A stretch of DNA of 13,866 nucleotides from Nanobdellota archaeon (GTDB lineage: Archaea; Nanobdellota; Nanobdellia; Nanobdellales; Nanobdellaceae), in NCBI GenBank assembly GCA_020697515.1, contig JAIXNB010000054.1, positions 1 through 13,866 of the forward strand, given 5' to 3'. A program made the position numbers and the translations under genes. The notes beneath the pieces are model-generated. The model was not told the DNA's origin. It did not search any database and saw nothing but the letters and a program-made list of their open reading frames with translations. The first letter of the stretch is position 1; every line of letters begins with the position of its first letter. Shown here piece after piece: positions 5,520 to 12,955 of this stretch.

Positions 5520-8138
5520 TTATTTTTCTTTTTCTACCTTTTTCAATATTTCCTTAATTATACCGTCTATATCTAACTTTCCGTGATGGGTCTTTTGCGG
5601 GAACATACCATCCTCTCCAAATAGGAGTTGTATAACTCTTCCAGTAGTATCTCTAACAGTTCCATCAGAATGTACGTATATCTCATACAGAGCATGGGCA
5701 ACTCTTCTATACAAATAACCAGATTTTGCAGTTCTTATTGCGGTGTCCATTAAAGCGTCTCTTCCAGGCAACGCGTGGAAGAACAGTTCGTAAGGTTTTA
5801 ATCCTTCTCTATAACCAGATTTAACCCATCCTTTTGTAATTGGATGTATATCTCCAGGTTTGAACATGGATAGGTTTCTCTTTTTATAACCAAACTCTAT
5901 CAAACCGCCTCTAAAAGATTGTTGACCGAGGGCAGAGATTATTTGTGCTAGATCTCTTATATCCCCTCTAGCTTTAGTTATGGCCATTAAAGTTGTACCA
6001 GAAATAGGAGCGTACTTTTTAACTATCTCTCCAATCTCTGTCAGAGCTTCGGAGAGTACTTGTTGCACCATATTTTCAAATACTTGCTTTTCGCTTCTAC
6101 CAGGAACTTTAGGTAGTTTATGGTGTTTATACTGATCCATTATTTCTTGTACTTTCTTATCAGCTTCTTCTAAGATTTCCCTTATCTTTTTCATAGCCTC
6201 TTCGGGTAGATCCCAGTCAGAAGGTGTAACAGTTATACCATGAAGATATTGGTAGTGTACTCCGAGCAAGAATACTTTGTATGACCATTCCAAAGCGAAC
6301 CTTGGTCCATATTTATCATATATGTATCTAATAAGAACACCTTTCTCAGATTTTATCATAAGAGCATCGATGGAACCCTCCTTTAACTCTCCATCCTCTA
6401 TTTTTACTCCACTCTCCTCAAATATCAAATCATCAGGCAAGAATACAGAAAATATTTCTTTGCCGGTTAGATAGTCTCTTCCTTCCTCCTTTGCTCTTTT
6501 TATAAATCGTACTAACTTCTCTATTTCGCTTTCAGAGGGATTAGCTAAGTATACTAATTCAACTGCCTTTGAGAACTCAATTCTTGTATCATCTTGTGTT
6601 AAGAGATATAAACCAGTTATAACATCTTGTATCCCTCCGACAATCGTTAGACCATATCTTGGAGAGATCATATGGTTTTCAAGGGCAACCAAATATTTTG
6701 TCTCTGCTCTGGCTTCTTCAGTTTGAGGTACGTGAATATTCATCTCATCTCCATCAAAATCTGCATTGTAAGGAGTACAAGCTGCTGGATGTAACCTAAA
6801 GGTTTTTCCCGGAAGGATTCTAACATAATGACCCATGATAGATAATCTGTGTAAAGAAGGGTATCTTCCGAATAGAACTATATCTCCATTCAACAGATGT
6901 CTTTCAACTATCCAACCAGGCTGTAGCCTTTCTGCCAGCAATTCTTTATTATCTTCAGTTATAGTAAATCTCTTTCCATCCGGAGATATAATATAATTTG
7001 CTCCGGGATATCTATCTGGACCGTTTAAAACATACTGTTTTAGTTTTTCTATATTCCACTCAGTAACTCTCTCCGGTATGGTTAGAGTTTTAGCGACTTC
7101 TACAGGTATACCGACTTCATTTATTCTAATTTTAGTATCCGGGGAAATTACAGCTCTTGCAGAAAAGTTAACTCTCTTTCCTAATAGATTATATCTTATT
7201 CTACCCTCTTTACCGGAAATTCTTTCAACTAAAGATTTTATGGGTTTTCCAGATCTATGTACAGCTTTAGGAATACCTGCTAATGTGTTGTTTATATATG
7301 TAGCAACATGGTACTGTAATAAATCATATAAATCCTCTACAACAATTTGTGGAGCACCAGTAGCAATCGCTTCATGAAGTCTTTGATTGGTTCTAACTAT
7401 ATCAACAAGCTTATGTGTTAAGTCATCCTCAGCTCTTTCTCCAGTCTCCAAGATTATAGAAGGCCTAACAGGAACAGGTGGGACTGGTAGTACAGTTAGA
7501 ATCATCCATTCAGGCCTAGAATTAACATTATCGAAACCTAGAGCTAATGCATCTTTTTCTGGAATCTTCTCAAATATTGATCTTATCTCTACTGGAAACA
7601 TTCTTCTTTCTTCTCCATCTTTATCTATCACATAGAATCTATATGGTTTTCGTAACTCTACCTTGGGATTTTCATAATTACAATGAGGACATTTTGTTCT
7701 GTTTTTAGCCCGGGTTATAACAAATTTCTTTATAAATTTGTATGCTCTAGTCCACCTTCCTGATTTTTTGTATCTATCTATTTTTCTAACTGCAAAATCT
7801 AATTCATTTTCAGTTAATTTTAACCTACCGCACTGATGACATACTATTTGAAGTGTATCATAAATTATCGGAAGGAACTCTATGTGAAGTACAGGTCTCG
7901 CTAGTTCTATATGGCCAAAATGTCCTGGACATTTTCCAGCGGGCTTACCACAGGTTTCGCAACGCAAACCAGGGTCTACAACACCCATTCGAGGATCCAT
8001 TAAACCCCCTCTAATAGGATATCCTTCCTCATCATATAGTTCCGGTGTTATTATCTTTACAACTGATAATTTTCTAATAGCTTCTGGATTTAATAGGGCG
8101 TATTTTATACCAGAAATTTTCTTATACACAACTTCCAT
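5520..8138 (-). CDS. rpoA1: DNA-directed RNA polymerase subunit A' (Rpo1N)
   Basis: 872 aa. N-terminal zinc motif CETCGK..GKCPGHFGH. Catalytic Mg-binding motif YNADFDGDEMNIH. Bridge-helix region GRDALMDTAIRTAKSGYLYRRV. Confidence 0.97.
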   Translation of the reverse strand: MEVVYKKISGIKYALLNPEAIRKLSVVKIITPELYDEEGYPIRGGLMDPRMGVVDPGLRCETCGKPAGKCPGHFGHIELARPVLHIEFLPIIYDTLQIVCHQCGRLKLTENELDFAVRKIDRYKKSGRWTRAYKFIKKFVITRAKNRTKCPHCNYENPKVELRKPYRFYVIDKDGEERRMFPVEIRSIFEKIPEKDALALGFDNVNSRPEWMILTVLPVPPVPVRPSIILETGERAEDDLTHKLVDIVRTNQRLHEAIATGAPQIVVEDLYDLLQYHVATYINNTLAGIPKAVHRSGKPIKSLVERISGKEGRIRYNLLGKRVNFSARAVISPDTKIRINEVGIPVEVAKTLTIPERVTEWNIEKLKQYVLNGPDRYPGANYIISPDGKRFTITEDNKELLAERLQPGWIVERHLLNGDIVLFGRYPSLHRLSIMGHYVRILPGKTFRLHPAACTPYNADFDGDEMNIHVPQTEEARAETKYLVALENHMISPRYGLTIVGGIQDVITGLYLLTQDDTRIEFSKAVELVYLANPSESEIEKLVRFIKRAKEEGRDYLTGKEIFSVFLPDDLIFEESGVKIEDGELKEGSIDALMIKSEKGVLIRYIYDKYGPRFALEWSYKVFLLGVHYQYLHGITVTPSDWDLPEEAMKKIREILEEADKKVQEIMDQYKHHKLPKVPGRSEKQVFENMVQQVLSEALTEIGEIVKKYAPISGTTLMAITKARGDIRDLAQIISALGQQSFRGGLIEFGYKKRNLSMFKPGDIHPITKGWVKSGYREGLKPYELFFHALPGRDALMDTAIRTAKSGYLYRRVAHALYEIYVHSDGTVRDTTGRVIQLLFGEDGMFPQKTHHGKLDIDGIIKEILKKVEKEK

Positions 8139-8164
8139 GGCTACTATCTACTATTTATTAATAG

Positions 8165-8172
8165 TTTATAAG
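8165..8172 (-). promoter_or_regulatory. TATA-like box (CTTATAAA on the minus strand) about 30 nt upstream of the rpoA1 ATG, a possible internal operon promoter
   Basis: It lies in the unusual 141-bp rpoB1-rpoA1 spacer. The alternative reading is that this sequence is coding for the 44-codon ORF described in findings. Confidence 0.25.
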
Positions 8173-8279
8173 TCTTAGATATTATACACCCCATATAGAA
8201 TATCTCACTCATTGTTTCATTTTTGTATGGCCAGCTGTATAATTTAATAGAGAAAAAATGGAATATGTTCTGTTCCATG

Positions 8280-10088
8280 TTAATCTTCAAATTTAAACTT
8301 TGTTTTTAGCTTTGGCCAAACTCCCAGGGATATCAACTCCTGTAAGAATAACTTGAAGGCATAGGATGTCTTCACTTTAGATATTCTTTCAGTTTCTCCA
8401 CAAACAGGACAATAAACACTGTTCCTTATATCATCTTCCACAGCTAAACCACCACATCTATCACAAACATAGACAATAGTATCATCTGAGGAGAATGTCT
8501 CTCGCAATAGTAAAGAAGCTCCATGTCCTGCTAGTACTTGATTCTCCATCTCACCATATCTCAAACCACCTTCCCTAGCTTTACCTTCAGTTGGTTGTTT
8601 TGTTAATAAAGTTACAGGACCTCTAGCTCTAGCGTGTAACTTATTAGCAGCCATATATTTTAATCTTAAGTAGTACATAGATCCTATAAATATTTTAACC
8701 TTGAATTCCTCGCCGGTTAATGGATTATACATTGTTTCAGTACCGTCCTCCCTAAATCCTAACCTCAACAATTCATTTCTTAAATCGAACTCATTCTCAC
8801 CATACCAAGGAGTTCCATCTATATATCTTCCGGCCAATGCCCCTATTTTCCCTCCAAGAACCTCCAGGATATATCCGACAGTTTTTCTAGAAGGTATACC
8901 AAATGGGCTAAATAAGACATCGGGGACAACCCCAGAGGCCGTCCAGGGCATATCTGATGGATCTAGAATCATACCTATAACCCCCTTCTGGCCGTGTCTA
9001 ACTGAAAATTTATCCCCTAGTTCCGGGATTCTCAAATCTCTTAATCTTATTTTAATCAATTTATTACCCTCACCAGATTCTGTTACAACTACTGCATCAA
9101 CAATTCCTTTCTCTTCAGATCTCACAGTTAAAGAGGTATCCTTTTTAATTAAACCTGTTGCGAATGTTTCAGAAGTTATACCTATAAATCTTGGAGGAGA
9201 CACTCTTCCTACTAGAACATCCCCTCCTTCCATCTCTGCTTCAGGGTAAACTATACCATCATCATCAAGATGTCTATATCTGTATTTGCCTTTATAGTGT
9301 ACCACATCGGGATCAGGTATTTTTATTTCATCTTGTAGCCCGCCAGGATATTTCAACTCTTCTATCTCGTATGGTCTGAAATATACTGACCTAAACAACC
9401 CCCTCTCTATTGAAGCTCTATTTAGGATAATAGCATCCTCCATAGAGTAACCTTCTTGAGTCATAACTGCTACTATCACATTTTGCCCGATTGCATCTTC
9501 ATGTTTGAAAATTTCGTGGGAGAATGTTCTAACGATTGGTTCTTGTGGATAGTATGCGATAGATATATCAGAATCAAATCTTGTCCAGAAATTTAATGCG
9601 TATACAGCATGAGCCTGTTTTTGAGTCCTCATACCTCTATTCAATCTTGCAGATTGGTTATGGTTTGAGAAAGGAACCAAAGATGTCAATATACCGAATA
9701 TTACCAATGGAGAAATTTCCATATGAGTATGTTCTTTAGTTACTTCTTCAGGAGTTAACGCAACATATATATTTTCCTCTTCAGCAGGATCTAACCACTC
9801 AATTATACCCTTCTTCTCTAAATCTGACCACTTTGTCTCTCCTTTCTTCAATTTTTCGATATGTTTTTCAGTTAGTAGAGGTTTTCCATTTTTAACAACT
9901 ATAAGAGGCCTTTGAATCCTCCCTTTATGTGTAAAGATCTTAACTGTATTAGTATCCTCATCGTACATTACATTAATAAAACTAGGTATTTTCCCCTTTC
10001 TCCTATCTTCCTTTATTTTAGCTACAAACTGTTTTGGATTGTCGACATAACCTACAAAAATATTGTCGATGTACACCTCAGAAGGCAT
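8280..10088 (-). CDS. rpoB1: DNA-directed RNA polymerase subunit B' (Rpo2C, C-terminal part of split subunit B)
   Basis: 602 aa. Conserved blocks SVRHGQKGVIG, KLHARARGPVTLLTKQPTEGKAREGGLRYGEME, and a C-terminal zinc ribbon CDRCG...CPVCG. Confidence 0.96.
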   Translation of the reverse strand: MPSEVYIDNIFVGYVDNPKQFVAKIKEDRRKGKIPSFINVMYDEDTNTVKIFTHKGRIQRPLIVVKNGKPLLTEKHIEKLKKGETKWSDLEKKGIIEWLDPAEEENIYVALTPEEVTKEHTHMEISPLVIFGILTSLVPFSNHNQSARLNRGMRTQKQAHAVYALNFWTRFDSDISIAYYPQEPIVRTFSHEIFKHEDAIGQNVIVAVMTQEGYSMEDAIILNRASIERGLFRSVYFRPYEIEELKYPGGLQDEIKIPDPDVVHYKGKYRYRHLDDDGIVYPEAEMEGGDVLVGRVSPPRFIGITSETFATGLIKKDTSLTVRSEEKGIVDAVVVTESGEGNKLIKIRLRDLRIPELGDKFSVRHGQKGVIGMILDPSDMPWTASGVVPDVLFSPFGIPSRKTVGYILEVLGGKIGALAGRYIDGTPWYGENEFDLRNELLRLGFREDGTETMYNPLTGEEFKVKIFIGSMYYLRLKYMAANKLHARARGPVTLLTKQPTEGKAREGGLRYGEMENQVLAGHGASLLLRETFSSDDTIVYVCDRCGGLAVEDDIRNSVYCPVCGETERISKVKTSYAFKLFLQELISLGVWPKLKTKFKFED

Positions 10089-10122
10089 TTTTAAAATGGG
10101 GTAGAAAGTTTAATAAGCCTTT

Positions 10123-11634
10123 TTATTTTTCGGTTTTTATAGGTTTTAGACCGAATTCTTTGAGCTTTTCTACTATTTCCCCCATTTTTGCCTCCTGAAA
10201 TGTTATTTTGGCTAACAAAGTTAGGTTTTTTCTTAAACCAGTATTCTTACCCTCCGGTGTTTCTATCAAGTCCAATCTACCCCAATGAGTTCCATGAACC
10301 ATTCTTGCTTCCAAAAGTTCTGCTTCTCCAGGGATAGAAGACCAAACTCTAGTCAGATGGGACAAAACAGCTAATTTATTAGTCCTATCCAATAACTGAG
10401 AAACCCCTGTTCTATTTCTCGTCCATTGACCAGTCCCCATTGCGGATCCAAATCTCTCAGTGAATAGTTTAGATCTGAATATTGAAGTTAGAGAAGGTAC
10501 TTTTCCTCTTCGAGCCAATCTATGATATTGATGCATAGCATCATTAACAACTGTTCTGAACACTACTCTGAATAGATCTCTCAACAACTCTCCTGGTAGT
10601 CTAACCACCTTATTCATAAAGTGATCTTTGATATCCTCCTCAATTTTACCATGAGTCAGTAGTAGTAATTTTTTTACCATCTTCAATAAATTGTATGCTT
10701 TCATTGCTCTATCCTTTGGAGAAGTACCGATATGAGGAAGTAGATAATTGTCTAGAACTATTCTGACTTTTTCCTTTTTAATGTCTTCCCCTCCAGTAAA
10801 CTTTAGTTTATTTGCTAGCCATAACATAGCTTGTTCTTGATCCTGAATACCTATGAATTCATATAGGTTTATATATGTCTCTTCGAAATTATCACCCTCA
10901 TTTATCAATTTAGCTATATCAGCATCGATGGTTAAACCTAAAGCTTTGACTATCGGTATAACCGGGATTCTTTTAAATTTACCAAAGGTTAGATAAACTA
11001 TTCCATCATTTAGTAGTTCCATCCTGTGGGGTATAGATACTGCTTTTGCTTCAGAAAATATAAAACCACGATATTTCACAGGACCTTGGCCTTCTTCAAC
11101 ATAGAATTTGTTAGTTGCAAGCTCCTCGGACATAACTAGAACCCTTTCTGTTCCATTTATTATAAAATAGCTACCAGGATCATATGGATCCTCTCCCAGC
11201 TTTATCAACTCTTCTTCAGACAATCCATACAGATTACAGTATTTTGACTTTACCATTATCGGAAGCCTTCCTATATTAACAACATATTTTGTTTTGAGAG
11301 TTCCATCCTCCCAAGCAGAAAATTCAACATAAACTGACCCAGAATAAGTTATATTTCTTATACGAGCTTCATTTGGGTATATTATCCTGGGTATACCTTC
11401 CTTTTCTATATAATCTGCTTTGCTAAGCCACGCCTTTTCAAATCTAATTTTTAAATCTTTTATTCCAGGTGGAAGAATTTTTGGCTCAACTTCTCCAACC
11501 TCCTTTACAATTTCTGTCATTTCCACATCTGCAAAATAGTTGAAAGATTCTATTTGGGTTTCCAGTACTCCATGCTCCTCAAAGTATTTGTAAAATAACA
11601 AATATTTATCCGAATTTCGCATCTTATAAAACAT
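10123..11634 (-). CDS. rpoB2: DNA-directed RNA polymerase subunit B'' (Rpo2N, N-terminal part of split subunit B)
   Basis: 503 aa. N-terminal RNAP beta-type blocks: ESFNYF, IYPNEARIRNITYS, GRLPIMVKSKYC, GSYFIINGTERVLV, HLTRV, HGTHWGRLDLIETPEGKN.GL.KNL. It ends 34 bp upstream of rpoB1. Confidence 0.95.
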   Translation of the reverse strand: MFYKMRNSDKYLLFYKYFEEHGVLETQIESFNYFADVEMTEIVKEVGEVEPKILPPGIKDLKIRFEKAWLSKADYIEKEGIPRIIYPNEARIRNITYSGSVYVEFSAWEDGTLKTKYVVNIGRLPIMVKSKYCNLYGLSEEELIKLGEDPYDPGSYFIINGTERVLVMSEELATNKFYVEEGQGPVKYRGFIFSEAKAVSIPHRMELLNDGIVYLTFGKFKRIPVIPIVKALGLTIDADIAKLINEGDNFEETYINLYEFIGIQDQEQAMLWLANKLKFTGGEDIKKEKVRIVLDNYLLPHIGTSPKDRAMKAYNLLKMVKKLLLLTHGKIEEDIKDHFMNKVVRLPGELLRDLFRVVFRTVVNDAMHQYHRLARRGKVPSLTSIFRSKLFTERFGSAMGTGQWTRNRTGVSQLLDRTNKLAVLSHLTRVWSSIPGEAELLEARMVHGTHWGRLDLIETPEGKNTGLRKNLTLLAKITFQEAKMGEIVEKLKEFGLKPIKTEK

Positions 11635-11651
11635 TAAGAAAAGTTTTTATT

Positions 11652-11969
11652 CTATTCTTCAACAACAACTCTATAATACACATACTCTCCAGCAGTTATA
11701 GATTTTCTAATGATCTTAACAACAGCACCAGGTTTCGGATTTAGATGTTTAATTGCAGGATCGTTTATTTTAATTCTAGGCAAGTCACCTAGCTTTATTC
11801 CTAGTTCCTTCAACAATTGTTTCTTTTCTTCTTCTGAGAGTAGTATGTGTTCTGGAACCAACTCATGCTTTGTAATATCTATCTCTACCTTCTTTTTTGT
11901 AGTAGATTTTGCGCCCTTCTTGGCAGAAGAATATTTTTTTGAAGGGGTTTTCTTACTCTTTTTAGGCAT
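11652..11969 (-). CDS. rpoH: DNA-directed RNA polymerase subunit H (Rpo5) with a lysine-rich N-terminal extension
   Basis: 105 aa with ATG as the only Met. The C-terminal ~70 aa match the RpoH pattern: [24 protein letters not shown]....LPRI...DPA........[18 protein letters not shown]. It is the first gene of the rpo cluster, 17 bp upstream of rpoB2. The first ~33 aa are K/S/T-rich and have no counterpart in typical archaeal RpoH. Confidence 0.85.
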   Translation of the reverse strand: MPKKSKKTPSKKYSSAKKGAKSTTKKKVEIDITKHELVPEHILLSEEEKKQLLKELGIKLGDLPRIKINDPAIKHLNPKPGAVVKIIRKSITAGEYVYYRVVVEE

Positions 11970-11979
11970 TTTATTACCG

Positions 11980-11998
11980 TTTAAAAAGGATTTTTAAA
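11980..11998. promoter_or_regulatory. Palindromic pair of TATA-like boxes serving divergent rpoH and ATP-grasp genes
   Basis: TTTAAAAA (11980-11987), GGA, then TTTTTAAA (11991-11998) form a perfect 8-nt inverted repeat inside the 42-bp intergenic region. The left arm is centred about 28 nt upstream of the plus-strand ATG at 12012. The right arm is centred about 25 nt upstream of the minus-strand ATG at 11969. This spacing fits archaeal TATA boxes driving leaderless mRNAs. Confidence 0.45.
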
Positions 11999-12011
11999 TC
12001 TTTAATTAAAT

Positions 12012-12842
12012 ATGGGTGTCTTAATTCTATATAACTCAAATATTAACAAATACGAGGTTATGAGGCTGAAAAAAGAATCAAAAAGATACGTAAACATTAA
12101 ATTTTTGGATGTAATGAAGTTAGATATTCCATTTGATCTCGAGCTATTTAGAGATTACAAGGTAGTTTTTTTCTATACAAGAACATTAGGTAGAGATTCG
12201 TATATATTAGCGAGTGAATTAGAAGGAATTGGAAAAATCGTAATAAATAAGAATTTTGGTGTCTTTCAACATTTAGATAAAACATTAATGTATATGATCC
12301 TTTCTAAACATGGTGTAAGGATACCAAAATTTGTTAAAATCTATAATATTAAATCTATTAGAGGTGTTCTAAAATTGGGTTTTCCTTTAGTAGTTAAGCA
12401 TGTATCTAAGCATAGGGGGACTCATGTCAGACTAATAAAATCTAAGGAGGAATTAAAGACATTTGTAAGAAATGCAAAGAGAAAGATAAGTTCATATTTA
12501 TTTCAGGAATATATAGATTATAATTATGACTTAAGAGTTATATTTATTGGAAATAATGTTGTGGGGGTTATGAAAAGAGTAATTTCTGGGGATTTTAGGG
12601 CAAATATAAGTAGAGGAGGTGTGGGTAGTTGTTTTGAGATAGACAATAAAATAAAAGAGATAACCATGTTGGTTGCAAGATCTTTAAAAATGCAAGTTGG
12701 TAGTATAGACATACTCATAGATAAAAATGGGAACTATTATGTAATAGACGCCCATAATATATTTCAGTTCAAAGGATTTGAGAGGTACACCAAGATAAAT
12801 GTCGCTAATGAAATAATAAAATATTTAAAGAGTCTAATATAG
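12012..12842 (+). CDS. RimK-family ATP-grasp ligase (alpha-L-glutamate ligase-like); substrate unknown
   Basis: 276 aa, ATG start. By manual alignment it is collinear with E. coli RimK: DKTLMYMILSKHGVRIP / DKLRSMQLLARQGIDLP; GFPLVVKHV / GAPLVVKLV; LFQEYI / LVQEYI; DLRVIFIGNNVVGVMKR..SGDFRANISRGG / [38 protein letters not shown] / AGVDIL. Confidence 0.85.
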   Translation: MGVLILYNSNINKYEVMRLKKESKRYVNIKFLDVMKLDIPFDLELFRDYKVVFFYTRTLGRDSYILASELEGIGKIVINKNFGVFQHLDKTLMYMILSKHGVRIPKFVKIYNIKSIRGVLKLGFPLVVKHVSKHRGTHVRLIKSKEELKTFVRNAKRKISSYLFQEYIDYNYDLRVIFIGNNVVGVMKRVISGDFRANISRGGVGSCFEIDNKIKEITMLVARSLKMQVGSIDILIDKNGNYYVIDAHNIFQFKGFERYTKINVANEIIKYLKSLI

Positions 12843-12955
12843 GAAAGAATGCTTTTACAAAGATGTTAAATTCAAGCTAAAATTTCAAAATTATTTTGTA
12901 TATAATAAAGTTTTAGCTATTAATTATTCAAAAGAAATTGAGCTAATATTATTTA

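Noticed and set aside
8701-9249. 182-aa plus-strand ORF antisense to rpoB1
   Set aside because: It lies entirely inside a full-length, motif-rich RNAP B' gene on the other strand. Its product is low-complexity (S/P/T/N-rich) with no recognisable domain. This is a typical shadow ORF.
4388-11634. A check for inteins, frameshifts or pseudogenisation in the RNAP subunit genes
   Set aside because: All four large-subunit ORFs have typical archaeal lengths (376, 872, 602 and 503 aa). Their conserved motifs are uninterrupted (NADFDGDEMN, bridge helix, trigger loop, GQKG, zinc ribbons), and I saw no insertion bearing intein-like blocks.
555-12718. Other antisense track ORFs: 555-740, 2966-3157, 4485-4790, 4630-4869, 5177-5362, 6277-6474, 7078-7377, 7387-7635, 9191-9379, 9912-10094, 11710-11997, 12524-12718
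   Set aside because: Each is 60-101 aa and nested within a well-supported conserved gene on the opposite strand. Their compositions (S/L/F/I-rich) are what reverse-strand reading of AT-rich codons produces. None has an independent start context or motif.
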